64,000 bases of DNA from a virus: the IMG/VR virus record IMGVR_UViG_3300049783_001127. One strand, given 5' to 3'. Shown here piece after piece: positions 20,673 to 30,458 of this stretch. The notes beneath the pieces are model-generated. The model searched no databases. It was given only the letters and a program-made list of their open reading frames with translations, and was not told where the DNA came from. The position numbers and the translations under genes were made by a program. The stretch's first letter is position 1. Each line of letters opens with the position of its first letter.

Positions 20673-21995
20673 TTAATTTAACTTTATTGTTGGTTCTGCA
20701 AATCTGTCTGTTTCATGAGATCTACTTGTTAATACCCATAACATTTTACCACGCGCTCTAGGGCTAGGAGCGGGTGCCTCACCATCTGTAAGATATACCA
20801 AACAGGAAAACTCTCTTTGATGTTCATTGTAATAATCAATGACTGGCTGGAAATCTGTTCCTCCTCTGCCGTGTACTTTGATTTTACCATCTTCTGGTTT
20901 TCTGTATGATGCTATATTACTGATAGCAGTATCACACTGTATTACAGTTACTTCAGCACCAGTTTTATACATATGGTGAATTTCATGGAAAATCTCCACT
21001 AATTCATCGTCTGATACTGAACCTGACGTATCTATTCCTACAAGTACATGCTTTCTTGTTTTTACTCTAAGTCCAGGAGCACCTGTAAACCTTTTACTAG
21101 GTTTTCTTCTAGTCTTCTTAGTATAGGTCTTAATTGATCCACCAGTGAATCTTCTTAAATATCCTTTCCAATCAAACTTTGGTGGTTCTTCTGAATTGAG
21201 TGAGTCAAGATATCCTTTCAGCTCTCCAGGAATAGTACCTCTATTCTTAGCAACCTGATCACCAATTTCTTTTAATTGATAATCAATTTGTTTTTGAACC
21301 ATCTTTTTCTCTGCCTCAGATAGTGAATCAAATTCATCCCAAGTAGTGTGTTCCCATGGAGCTTGTCCTGGATGAGGGTTGCTACCATTATTACCAAGAG
21401 CTGAGTTAAGTGCAGAACATGAGCTATTCCCATTCTGGTCTGTACTCTCTAACAGTTTCTTGTAATAGTAATCAGTTCCTTGTTTAGGTTCTAAGTTCAA
21501 CTCTTTAAAGTCTTCTAAGAATAATGCACGCATTGGTATCTTTAGAAGTTCTTCTCTAGCTGCCTCTTTAGTTAATTCTTCAGATTTTAATCTAGCTTTA
21601 ATGCTATCAATAAATATCCCAGTGTCTTTTTCATAGTCCTCTTTGCTTGGATAATTACCACCTGGAAGATATGCTCTATCTATGTACTGGTTTATTTCTA
21701 AATCAGCCGCGATATTGAATAACTTTTTGTTGGTATATCTGTCTCTCAAAGTAAGATGTTGCATTGCAATATGTAATAACTCATGCTTTAAAATTCCCAC
21801 TCTATACTCAGAAGATAAACCTTCCCAGAAGTTTGGATTAATTGCTAGCTGTGTATTAATACCTTGCTTACTTACGCCTGCTGTATCCAGGTCATTTCTC
21901 CAGACCTTATTCATCATAATGAGAAAGAGCCCATAAAAGGGCTCCTTCAACATTAATTCTTTTGTGGCTCTAGAGAGTGATTCATGATTTGTCAT
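20673..21995 (-). CDS. VWA-domain protein fused to an HExxH metallopeptidase-like domain (DUF2201-like architecture)
   Basis: HELLH motif in the N-terminal half. MIDAS VGIDTSGSVS in the C-terminal half. Partner of the preceding ATPase. Confidence 0.6.
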   Translation of the reverse strand: MTNHESLSRATKELMLKEPFYGLFLIMMNKVWRNDLDTAGVSKQGINTQLAINPNFWEGLSSEYRVGILKHELLHIAMQHLTLRDRYTNKKLFNIAADLEINQYIDRAYLPGGNYPSKEDYEKDTGIFIDSIKARLKSEELTKEAAREELLKIPMRALFLEDFKELNLEPKQGTDYYYKKLLESTDQNGNSSCSALNSALGNNGSNPHPGQAPWEHTTWDEFDSLSEAEKKMVQKQIDYQLKEIGDQVAKNRGTIPGELKGYLDSLNSEEPPKFDWKGYLRRFTGGSIKTYTKKTRRKPSKRFTGAPGLRVKTRKHVLVGIDTSGSVSDDELVEIFHEIHHMYKTGAEVTVIQCDTAISNIASYRKPEDGKIKVHGRGGTDFQPVIDYYNEHQREFSCLVYLTDGEAPAPSPRARGKMLWVLTSRSHETDRFAEPTIKLN

Positions 21996-22263
21996 TGATT
22001 ATTTTTTTAATCATTAATGCTACACTTTGCAAAGACTTATACTTTGCAGGATCATGCTCTTCCATTACTTCCAAGGCTCCTTTAGACATTGGCTTTATTT
22101 GTCCATCTTCAGTCCATCTTCCTATTGTAGCACAATAAGCACATACACTAAAGTCACCTTTTTTTGGGGCTTCCCCCTCTTTTTCAGACATTGCAGCGTC
22201 TAAAACATTATGACAAACTTTACATGTAGTTGCATCATGTGTTTGTTGATATTCATATGACAT
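21982..22263 (-). CDS. Small zinc-ribbon protein
   Basis: CKVCHN...CAYCAT motifs. 93 aa. Confidence 0.5.
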   Translation of the reverse strand: MSYEYQQTHDATTCKVCHNVLDAAMSEKEGEAPKKGDFSVCAYCATIGRWTEDGQIKPMSKGALEVMEEHDPAKYKSLQSVALMIKKIINDKS

Positions 22264-22703
22264 TATACTTTTTTTGGAGTGATTCTGATGTCTAGGTATT
22301 CCAAGAAAGAGAAGCCATAGTCTGTCAATAGATTAATAAGTTCATCTTTAAATATGTTTAGAAGAAATTCCATTTCTGCTTCCACTTTTCTACTAGCAGA
22401 TAGTTCATAGATTTTTCTAAATGATAAAGTACTAATTTCAGTATCACCATCCTTAAGTGCTGCAATCAGCCTTTTATGAAGTTCTGGATATTCATTTTCT
22501 AACCGAGATGTATCATTCTTGAATACATCACTGAAAGTCTCTTTAAATAAACATAGAATGTATACTTGAGATGTTTCAAAGTTAGACTGCTCTAAAATAG
22601 TTAGAGCCATTTTCTTTGATGCGTCATCATTTGACAACATCATGTTTTTAAGTTCTGCATAATTGTCCGGAGACACTATGCTTTGTGTTGTTACTGCTTC
22701 CAT
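22263..22703 (-). CDS. Hypothetical protein
   Basis: 146-aa ORF. Start overlaps the upstream stop. Confidence 0.5.
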   Translation of the reverse strand: MEAVTTQSIVSPDNYAELKNMMLSNDDASKKMALTILEQSNFETSQVYILCLFKETFSDVFKNDTSRLENEYPELHKRLIAALKDGDTEISTLSFRKIYELSASRKVEAEMEFLLNIFKDELINLLTDYGFSFLEYLDIRITPKKV

Positions 22704-22735
22704 TGTGGATTTTTTTTAGGGTTCTTATTGTAGAC

Positions 22736-23191
22736 TTAATTGTTTAATTCTGAGTTAAATAACCCAAGCATATGCATAGCATCTGCAATGTTATCATCCT
22801 CTCCTGTGTAACCGTACTTGGTTTTTGCTGCATCTATCATGGCTTGCTTTCCACAATTACCATTGTCAGTTGCAAACTTCTTGATCTCTTTAGCTGAGTA
22901 TGCTCTATAGTTAATACCAACTTCTTCACAAAACTTCTCTATAATAGCAATCATCTTAGATTGGTGCATAACAGAAGCAACGTGTTGACCGGCTGGTCTT
23001 TCATATATAATAACATCCAGCTTTTCAACTTTATGAATTTCTTGTAGTTTGGCCTTGAGTCTTATCAATTTCATTCCCATGGATTCATCCTTAAGGGTCT
23101 TTAGATCCCAAGTGCCATACAAGTTTTGAGTGTCAATGCACCATCCAGTTGTACTGGCTACATCTAAGCTTAATACTTTTAATACTTTCAT
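22736..23191 (-). CDS. RuvC-like Holliday junction resolvase
   Basis: N-terminal SLDVASTTGWCI (catalytic Asp block), IIYERP (Glu), C-terminal DNIADAMHM (Asp) - an RNase H-fold resolvase pattern. Confidence 0.6.
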   Translation of the reverse strand: MKVLKVLSLDVASTTGWCIDTQNLYGTWDLKTLKDESMGMKLIRLKAKLQEIHKVEKLDVIIYERPAGQHVASVMHQSKMIAIIEKFCEEVGINYRAYSAKEIKKFATDNGNCGKQAMIDAAKTKYGYTGEDDNIADAMHMLGLFNSELNN

Positions 23192-23445
23192 TCTACAAAT
23201 TTTAAGTTTCCTTTAACTTTACAATGCATATATTTTTTAAATAAATATGCTGAAATATACCTAACGTCATCTCTCTTAAGTGTAGATGATTTGTAGAATT
23301 GACACAAATCATATAAGACCCATGCAAAAGCTTCATTCTCTTCATGGATTTTTTCAATATTATTTATTAAAAGTATACTTTTAAATTGATCAATAGAAAG
23401 TTCATTGTTTACAGGATCAACACCTGCTATTATAAAATCATTCAT
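23188..23445 (-). CDS. Hypothetical protein
   Basis: 85 aa. Ends KFVE* with an ATGA overlap. Confidence 0.45.
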   Translation of the reverse strand: MNDFIIAGVDPVNNELSIDQFKSILLINNIEKIHEENEAFAWVLYDLCQFYKSSTLKRDDVRYISAYLFKKYMHCKVKGNLKFVE

Positions 23446-23450
23446 GCGCT

Positions 23451-24383
23451 TTAAATTAAAGGTTTAAGACATTGTTTTGTTTTGATGATCCCATGATCTC
23501 TTATGGAGTCAGACAGGTCCTTAGACAGATTTAAATAAATACCTGGGATGTTATACATCTCTTCATATCTTTTCATGGCCGTATGACCAGCTGCATCATT
23601 GTCAAATAGTGTGATAATCTTTTTATATTTAAGTGAACAAGCTGACAACAAAGGTTTAGCTAACATGCTATTCTCACTACTGGGAGCTATAGATTCTACA
23701 TTCATATCTAATCCAATTAGTGATAATAGATCTTTAAGAGATGAAGTAATAATAAGAGTGTCTGTTTTATAAGTGAGTTGTTCTAAACCTTGAACATAAG
23801 CACTCACATTTAAAAACCTAAACTCCTCTTTCATAGGTCTATAGATCTTATATAGTGTACCATCACTTCTAAAGTATCCATATACATACGGACTTTTTAC
23901 AGTAAACTCTAGAACACCCTTATCTGTTTTTTTGGATGATGTGTACGCACTAAGAGGTTTAACATTGTATTTTTCTAAGATCCTGGATCCAATTCCAAAT
24001 TGTGACCAAAATTTAGCATCTAATTCATTCCACTGTCTAGTTTCAAAAGCAGATATTTGATACTTAGCTTCTTCTTGTATTTGTACTGTTTTATCATTAA
24101 CACCTTCTCTGGCAAAATCAATTAATATTAAGTTGATTGCATCTTTCTGAGAAATATTATGCTTATACATTACAAATTCAACCGCACTTCCTTTATATCC
24201 GGATGAAAAGTCATTAAACCTGTATTTACCATTCTTATAAAAAAACTTAAGAGATGGTGTCTTTTCAATAGAGAATTGAGATAACACTGTTAGTGTTTGT
24301 CCGTGTAATTTCTCAGGTAGTTTTCCATAATATTCAAAAATCCAAGTGCTTGGAATCTTATCAAGTGATATAGTTCTTATCAT
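23451..24383 (-). CDS. Toprim-domain DNA primase (DnaG-like, no obvious zinc finger)
   Basis: ITLFDNDAAGHTA matches the Toprim DxD..AG motif. Confidence 0.55.
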   Translation of the reverse strand: MIRTISLDKIPSTWIFEYYGKLPEKLHGQTLTVLSQFSIEKTPSLKFFYKNGKYRFNDFSSGYKGSAVEFVMYKHNISQKDAINLILIDFAREGVNDKTVQIQEEAKYQISAFETRQWNELDAKFWSQFGIGSRILEKYNVKPLSAYTSSKKTDKGVLEFTVKSPYVYGYFRSDGTLYKIYRPMKEEFRFLNVSAYVQGLEQLTYKTDTLIITSSLKDLLSLIGLDMNVESIAPSSENSMLAKPLLSACSLKYKKIITLFDNDAAGHTAMKRYEEMYNIPGIYLNLSKDLSDSIRDHGIIKTKQCLKPLI

Positions 24384-24433
24384 GACACTTAGTATAAAAA
24401 TAAAGAGGATGCCTAAACACCCTCTTTATTTAT

Positions 24434-25129
24434 TTATAATTCAAAGTCAGTTCCTCCGACTCCTGTCATAATATCATCTGGGTTAGCAGCTGGAAATTCT
24501 ATAATTTCCATTGGTGCTTTCTTAGTAATAATATGACTTGCTTTATCAAAAGTTAAAACACGGCTTACATTTTCTTCAACTTCTTCATTCTCAAATGGAA
24601 CCCCATCTTTAAACTTAGGAAAGAACAAATCAAAGTTGGTATAACCTTGTTTGTTTTCATATTCTTTTCCACATAGACAAACCTTTAAAAATTTGTCTGC
24701 AAATGGTGCAGCTTCACTTAAAGCTTTAACAAGAGACTCTACAGTTTCATGTTTACCATCTTCTTTTTCTAACCAATCAGTGCAACCTACTGCATCACAA
24801 AATTTACCTAGAAACTTTACAATTTCTATGTCTCTATTGATTTTGATTTCACCAAGATCTTTATCTTGATAAGCCCATTGGCTTGCTCTAACACGACCAA
24901 CTTGACCTTTGTGGCGTCCAAGTGTTGTATTAGCCTTATCAATGAAGAATCCTTCAAACGTTTCACCCATATCTACACCTTCACAATCAAGCATAATATT
25001 ATATGCTCCTTCCGCAAAGCGGAACTCTTCTAAGTAAATTGCATTTACTTTGATAGTTGTATTACCTGGTTGCAAAGTCTTTGATACTTTACCTCCCCCA
25101 CCAGTTGGGATGTCTTTTGTACTAATCAT
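24434..25129 (-). CDS. Hypothetical protein (position suggests a ssDNA-binding or replication accessory role)
   Basis: 231 aa with an acidic C-terminus. No motif secure enough for a call. Confidence 0.45.
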   Translation of the reverse strand: MISTKDIPTGGGGKVSKTLQPGNTTIKVNAIYLEEFRFAEGAYNIMLDCEGVDMGETFEGFFIDKANTTLGRHKGQVGRVRASQWAYQDKDLGEIKINRDIEIVKFLGKFCDAVGCTDWLEKEDGKHETVESLVKALSEAAPFADKFLKVCLCGKEYENKQGYTNFDLFFPKFKDGVPFENEEVEENVSRVLTFDKASHIITKKAPMEIIEFPAANPDDIMTGVGGTDFEL

Positions 25130-25140
25130 TTTTTAGCTTG

Positions 25141-25830
25141 TTATTGTTCATACTCTATAATTGCTTCTCTTACTAACTGTAAGTCATTTGGAATGTCATC
25201 ATCACTGAACATTCCATCAGGAGTTTTACATGTGTTTTTACCATTGTTCTTGGTTTCAAACACATACTTCATTTCCTTAGTTTTCTCATCTTGTTTTACT
25301 TTTCCGTATAAAACAATAGAAAACAACCCTTCTAATGTTAATGCGTTATCCACCATTTTACCAACTGTCTTGGCTTTAACGGTCTTTTTCCCATTAACAT
25401 CCATACTTTCTTCAGAGTGTGTCAAGAAAAATACAATGAGATCATCTCTCATATCAATAGGTTTTCTAGCCATTGCAGCTATGTTCTGACCTATTACATT
25501 AAACTTTCCATACCCTGATTCTTGAGCTTTATCAAAAAACTCAAAAGCAGATGCATATTGCCAATCATCAACTATCACATTTTTGATATGAGGCATCTTC
25601 TTACTTATGATGTCTAGCATCATAATTATTGCTTGGGGGTTACTTGCCTTAGACATGTTCCCCGCTGTTGGATCTTCTTTAGTTATTTGAGTATACTTAC
25701 TCTTCCAACCTTTAAACGGTAATGGTTTGTTTGCTACATTTATCCAGAAAGTTTCTTTGGGATCCAAAGTTCTCCCTGATGTAGATTTTCCTGAACCAGA
25801 ATCCGCTATCACTAATACGCTTGCTGCCAT
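25141..25830 (-). CDS. P-loop ATPase (RecA-like/AAA_24-type phage nucleotide-binding protein)
   Basis: Walker A ADSGSGKST near the N-terminus. Walker B-like LIVFFLTHSEE. Confidence 0.5.
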   Translation of the reverse strand: MAASVLVIADSGSGKSTSGRTLDPKETFWINVANKPLPFKGWKSKYTQITKEDPTAGNMSKASNPQAIIMMLDIISKKMPHIKNVIVDDWQYASAFEFFDKAQESGYGKFNVIGQNIAAMARKPIDMRDDLIVFFLTHSEESMDVNGKKTVKAKTVGKMVDNALTLEGLFSIVLYGKVKQDEKTKEMKYVFETKNNGKNTCKTPDGMFSDDDIPNDLQLVREAIIEYEQ

Positions 25831-25832
25831 CT

Positions 25833-26381
25833 TTAAAAAGGTTTTGTGTTTGCTTCTTTAATTACATCATTTAACCAAGACTTAAGACTAACAGGTTCCT
25901 TCATATGAATGGCTGCATAATCTCTCATGGTCATTTGCTCCATAGGTAAATCCATGTTTGGATCATTTGGAATGTCTAACTTATCAATTTCCTCTCGTCT
26001 AGTAGAAAGTTTTGGTTTGTTAAGTTTAACTTCTTCAAATTCATCAAACGGTATAAAATACCTACAGTCACCATTCTGATTTGGTTCTGATGTGGCATAC
26101 TCTTCTCTAAAATGTGGGTTAGGTCTGATTCTGAACAATCTACGTTCATTATCTTCTGAATCCATGTTGATATCAACCATTTCAGTGTACACATTTACTA
26201 ACTCCTTTAATTCACTTTCAAAGAATCCCGCACATTTGCCTAATTCTTTATGTCCCTTTACATTATGGACCATTTTTGGAATGAACATAGCTTTGCTTTC
26301 ATCTAAAGCATCAAATGTTGCTTGATGCTTCTGCCGTAATTTAGCAGTCATTTCAGTTCTATCAATTTTTGTATATGCCAT
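25833..26381 (-). CDS. Hypothetical protein
   Basis: 182-aa ORF. Confidence 0.45.
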   Translation of the reverse strand: MAYTKIDRTEMTAKLRQKHQATFDALDESKAMFIPKMVHNVKGHKELGKCAGFFESELKELVNVYTEMVDINMDSEDNERRLFRIRPNPHFREEYATSEPNQNGDCRYFIPFDEFEEVKLNKPKLSTRREEIDKLDIPNDPNMDLPMEQMTMRDYAAIHMKEPVSLKSWLNDVIKEANTKPF

Positions 26382-26429
26382 TGATTTTCATTTTGTTTAA
26401 TTCATTGTGTTTTGAGTTGTTTGTTTGTT

Positions 26430-27416
26430 CTACATTCCCCTTGTCCTCATTTCTTGTTGAGCTGGTACAGGAGCTTCATCAATTGTCATTCTTTCAAATG
26501 CAGCATGAAAAAAGGCTAATCCATTTTCACCATTTCTACACTTTAAGAAGTGCATAACAAGCAATCTATCATTAGGGACAATGTATCTGTCCGGGCCATA
26601 AAAGCGGATTTTCTGTTTACCTGGGCGGTTCAGACCTATTACTGTATCTGCATGCTGCAGTAGTGCATCCGCACCAAAGATGTCTGATTCTAACACATAG
26701 TTTCCATACTTTCCGTCTTCATTTCTTTCTGGGTGGTCTATTGCTCTGTTTAGTTGTGATAATATGATAAAGATAATAGGGAACTTTCTCTTGAGGGAAG
26801 TGATAGTTTCTCCTAAGTCATATAACATATCATTTCTGTTTTGCTTAGCTATTGGTTTGAGTAGTAATGAGTGGTCTACAGTTACAACTGTATTTTGATA
26901 AGTCTTTTCCCCATTTTTCATTTGTGCATGTTGCTCCATATACAACGTAATGATGTCTTTAAATTCTTCAATTGTTGGAGCTTCTTCTACAATGTCAATT
27001 GGATAGACTACTGCTTTTTTGGCATACTCATGACAACGCTCTAAATCAGCATTTGAAAGTTTGCCATCAGCACTACAAAGATACTTGTATGTAACTCCGA
27101 GCTCACTTGAGTAAGCTCTAATTGCAGAGTTCTTTCCTAGCATTTCTAGTGAGAACTCTAAGACCCTGAAGTTGTCTGTTGTGTTAAGCTTAAAAGCTTG
27201 TTTAATAAGTTGATCTTTGGCCAATGTCTTACCTGATCCGGGTCTCCCTCCGATGACAGTCATTGAGTGCCATTCTAACCCGTTAGTAGTAGCATTGTTT
27301 ACCTGAGACCATGGAGTAATCAAACTAGTAATAGTCCCGTTCTGCCTACCTCTAAGGTAGTGAAGAGATTCTTGATAAGCTTCTTTTTGTTGTTTCCAAG
27401 GTGTCTTTTTTGCCAT
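26430..27416 (-). CDS. DnaB-like replicative helicase (RecA-fold C-terminal domain)
   Basis: Walker A IGGRPGSGKT, Walker B TVDHS, and the DnaB signature SQLNR (ILSQLNRAIDHPERN). Confidence 0.7.
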   Translation of the reverse strand: MAKKTPWKQQKEAYQESLHYLRGRQNGTITSLITPWSQVNNATTNGLEWHSMTVIGGRPGSGKTLAKDQLIKQAFKLNTTDNFRVLEFSLEMLGKNSAIRAYSSELGVTYKYLCSADGKLSNADLERCHEYAKKAVVYPIDIVEEAPTIEEFKDIITLYMEQHAQMKNGEKTYQNTVVTVDHSLLLKPIAKQNRNDMLYDLGETITSLKRKFPIIFIILSQLNRAIDHPERNEDGKYGNYVLESDIFGADALLQHADTVIGLNRPGKQKIRFYGPDRYIVPNDRLLVMHFLKCRNGENGLAFFHAAFERMTIDEAPVPAQQEMRTRGM

Positions 27417-27521
27417 ACTTTTTGAGGTGAGTATTCCCTTTACCCTGAATTAGGTATTGGTTTTACTCATATGTTTTACTGATGTTTTTGAGGACTACTA
27501 AATTACTAAAACTTTTCCAAT

Positions 27522-28112
27522 TTAGAAAACTTTTTCTGTAAAATGACCCTGATCTGGAGCATCACCTCCATCTTCTATTAGTTGACAAACATCAGCCAAT
27601 TCACTATGCCATGATTTATCACTACGTTGCTTTCTAACAAAATATTGACTTGTCATAGTATATTCCCAATTGACTTTCTCTCTATCATCTAAATAATAGT
27701 TTGTTGCTTTATAAATCTGTTCCCAAGTTATTTCATAATTTTCAAATAACCATCTAAAGCCAGATTCTAAGTTACGAATAGCTGATCTAGCAGCTTTACC
27801 ACTAGGAAGCCTTTTCTTAGGCCATAAATTATTATAGGTTTTCATCTTTTCTTCAAAATCATTACCCATTATGGCTTTGTTTGTTTTCTTTTTTCTAACT
27901 TTTAGAAATCCCTCAATTTCTGTAATAAGTTTAAGAGCCTTTGGACTAGGCTTTCCATTCTCTAAAATCCAACCACCTTTATTCTTAAGGTTACGTAATT
28001 CTAAAGATACATTCATGTGTGGTGTTCCCAAAGCTTCTTTCATTGACCATAGTAAATGAAATTGATTAGCTGTTAGTTTATGTCTGTTTAGTATATCCCA
28101 AATTTCTTCCAT
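27522..28112 (-). CDS. Hypothetical protein
   Basis: 196-aa ORF. Confidence 0.45.
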   Translation of the reverse strand: MEEIWDILNRHKLTANQFHLLWSMKEALGTPHMNVSLELRNLKNKGGWILENGKPSPKALKLITEIEGFLKVRKKKTNKAIMGNDFEEKMKTYNNLWPKKRLPSGKAARSAIRNLESGFRWLFENYEITWEQIYKATNYYLDDREKVNWEYTMTSQYFVRKQRSDKSWHSELADVCQLIEDGGDAPDQGHFTEKVF

Positions 28113-28113
28113 A

Positions 28114-28557
28114 TCAGTATAATCTAATCATTCTTTTAAGTGCTTCATCATTTTTAGTGTCATTATGATTCTTTCTAAAAGCAGTCAGCTTAGCATGCTC
28201 ATCATTAGTAAGGAAAACTGTCATTTTATGCTTGTTTAAAGATGTATCTTGCTTCTTGTCAGGTTTCTTTGGATTGTAAGGAAAAACTTTTCTTAACCTT
28301 TCTGTATGTAATGTGAAATCTTTTTGATCTTTCCAGAAGTATGCATGATATTTTGAGTGGTGTACAGCAGATCTTTTAATCTTTAATATATTTGATATTT
28401 CATATTCAGTCTTTTTAAACTTACAATACATAATATGCATCAGATAATTTCTTCTATCAAGTATATGTCTTTTTCTACTATTATTACCTTTAAGATCAGA
28501 ATTCTCTTCAAGATAATACAGTAATGATTCTAGTGTGTAGTCTTGTTTTAAACTCAT
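28114..28557 (-). CDS. Hypothetical protein
   Basis: 147-aa ORF, last gene before the strand switch. Confidence 0.45.
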   Translation of the reverse strand: MSLKQDYTLESLLYYLEENSDLKGNNSRKRHILDRRNYLMHIMYCKFKKTEYEISNILKIKRSAVHHSKYHAYFWKDQKDFTLHTERLRKVFPYNPKKPDKKQDTSLNKHKMTVFLTNDEHAKLTAFRKNHNDTKNDEALKRMIRLY

Positions 28558-28608
28558 TGATATTTTGTTATTAGGTTAATAATGTGTATATTAATATAAA
28601 CATACACT

Positions 28609-28854
28609 ATGAATTTTACATTTTTTAGAGACATCTCTATGGAAGATAAAGGTGGCAAATATTCCTCAAAGAAAATTTGGGGACATCTTATTATGCTCCT
28701 TGTTGGTACAGCATTTGTCTTAGATGGCCTACATTGGTTTGTAATTGATGAAGGTCTTTTTAACTCTATGCTTATTGCTGGTACAACTTTACTTGGTTTG
28801 AACACTATTAGTTCAATTATTACAAAGAAAAGCAATAAAGATGAAATTAAGTAA
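28609..28854 (+). CDS. Small two-TM membrane protein (holin-like topology)
   Basis: 81 aa with two hydrophobic helices (HLIMLLVGTAFVL / MLIAGTTLLGLNTISSII) and a charged C-terminus. Confidence 0.45.
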   Translation: MNFTFFRDISMEDKGGKYSSKKIWGHLIMLLVGTAFVLDGLHWFVIDEGLFNSMLIAGTTLLGLNTISSIITKKSNKDEIK

Positions 28855-29176
28855 ATCTAACATATCAATTTTTATACTATTAGGTATAATACTAGTGTTA
28901 GCATACATCCTAACCTTCAGAAAGCAAGATCCAATAGAGGTTCCTGCTTTTGATGATAATGAACTCCGTAAGGAAATTACTAAATCTGATAGTGTAGCTT
29001 CTCACTGGGAACAGAAAGCAAAAAGCTTCCGGGACGATGCTCTTTACTATGAAGCAAAGGCTGATGGACTTGAAGTACTTAAACCACAAATAAAAAACTA
29101 TTATGATAAGATCTACAAGTTTAATTCTACTGCTTCTAACAGGGAACGTGACTCAATCATACGCGCAAACTGGTGA
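28841..29176 (+). CDS. N-terminally anchored membrane protein (i-spanin-like topology)
   Basis: 111 aa. TM helix ISIFILLGIILVLAYILTF followed by a charged, helical periplasmic domain. Confidence 0.4.
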   Translation: MKLSKSNISIFILLGIILVLAYILTFRKQDPIEVPAFDDNELRKEITKSDSVASHWEQKAKSFRDDALYYEAKADGLEVLKPQIKNYYDKIYKFNSTASNRERDSIIRANW

Positions 29177-29525
29177 AGATAGTCTTCAGTGTTATACACC
29201 TACGGATCTTCAGCATATTGTAAACAGAGTTGTAAGAGCTAAAGAATGTGACACTTTATTAATAACATGTGAAAAGCAACTAGCACTTAAAGACAGTGCT
29301 AATGTTGCTCTTCATAATGCTATTGATGCCAAAGATCTTGTTATCATAGAGATGAACAAGATATCCGACCTTAAGGAACTCATCATAGATGGGCAATCTG
29401 TTGAAATAACAGGTCTAAGACAAGCCCTTAAGAAAGAAAAAAGTAAAAAGACCTGGTTAAAGGTTGGTTGGGTCAGTACTACGGTTGTTCTTACCGGCGT
29501 CCTCACTTACTTCATCATAAATTAG
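29103..29525 (+). CDS. Protein with N-terminal signal-like segment and C-terminal TM helix; starts in the +1 frame inside the preceding ORF
   Basis: MIRSTSLILLLLTG... at the N-terminus, coiled-coil middle, C-terminal WLKVGWVSTTVVLTGVLTYFII. Overlaps 28841..29176 by 74 nt. Confidence 0.35.
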   Translation: MIRSTSLILLLLTGNVTQSYAQTGEDSLQCYTPTDLQHIVNRVVRAKECDTLLITCEKQLALKDSANVALHNAIDAKDLVIIEMNKISDLKELIIDGQSVEITGLRQALKKEKSKKTWLKVGWVSTTVVLTGVLTYFIIN

Positions 29526-29762
29526 TCCTTTTAGTCTCATATCTACAGCCTTTTCAGCTATAAATACATCAGTTTCATTATCTGAGTTTGCCATATTCAT
29601 GAGTATCTCAGATTGATATCTACCTATTTTATTATCTAGAGAAAGGTTCTGTACTCCTTCACGTACTCTACACTTTTTACTAAACTTAGCAAAAGCTGAA
29701 GGCCCAGAAGGTACTTTACCATATCTTCCATTAATCATCATCTTGATTGCTTTGTGCTTCAT
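29457..29762 (-). CDS. Hypothetical protein (overlaps the end of the + cassette; true start may be an internal Met)
   Basis: 101-aa ORF. Confidence 0.3.
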   Translation of the reverse strand: MKHKAIKMMINGRYGKVPSGPSAFAKFSKKCRVREGVQNLSLDNKIGRYQSEILMNMANSDNETDVFIAEKAVDMRLKGLIYDEVSEDAGKNNRSTDPTNL

Positions 29763-30066
29763 TTTTAACTTTCAGATTATGTCTTGCAATAATGCAAATG
29801 AGATCTTGATTTTCAACCCTGAGTTTTTTGATCTTTTTATTCTTTTCAGCGTTGTTAATAGTACATCTATTAAGTTTTAAAATAACTGAACCTTTAGGAT
29901 CATTTTTCATAACATACTTGAGTTCATCAAGTTCTGATTGTAAAACACCTCTATTTAGCTCAGACTCTTCAAGCTGTTTGTTAAGAGTTTTATTTTTAAG
30001 CCTTTCCCACAACAACTTTTCAGTTGCTGTTCCTGGCCTTATAGTCATTAGAGTTTCTTTTTCCAT
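29731..30066 (-). CDS. Hypothetical coiled-coil protein
   Basis: 111-aa ORF. Confidence 0.45.
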   Translation of the reverse strand: MEKETLMTIRPGTATEKLLWERLKNKTLNKQLEESELNRGVLQSELDELKYVMKNDPKGSVILKLNRCTINNAEKNKKIKKLRVENQDLICIIARHNLKVKNEAQSNQDDD

Positions 30067-30458
30067 ATTTGAAGTTTTTCATTCTGAATAAATTCATACC
30101 CTTCATCAGAATCAGCAAATGCAACTGTCTTAATACCAAGTTCTTGAATTTTAGAGTTCAACTTTAATAGTTGCTCTCTTGCTTCATCTTGAGTAATATC
30201 ACGTTTTAATTGTAATACCAGTTGTCTGTCTGCATTGTGTTCCTCATACGGAAGATTACATCCTTTTACTGCACACGGATACTTTTGGCAAATATCTTCA
30301 GTCATTACCCCATCTACTTTATCAGACGCCTTAACGTGTTTGGGACTAATGGTAAATTGGTGTGGACTGAAGTTTTCCTCATGTATGCCCGCGGCTCTAA
30401 TGATGTCATCTTCCTTGAGGATCTCTGAGAATTCTATTAATATTTGTTCTTTAGTCAT
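30048..30458 (-). CDS. Hypothetical protein
   Basis: 136-aa ORF. Confidence 0.45.
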   Translation of the reverse strand: MTKEQILIEFSEILKEDDIIRAAGIHEENFSPHQFTISPKHVKASDKVDGVMTEDICQKYPCAVKGCNLPYEEHNADRQLVLQLKRDITQDEAREQLLKLNSKIQELGIKTVAFADSDEGYEFIQNEKLQIWKKKL

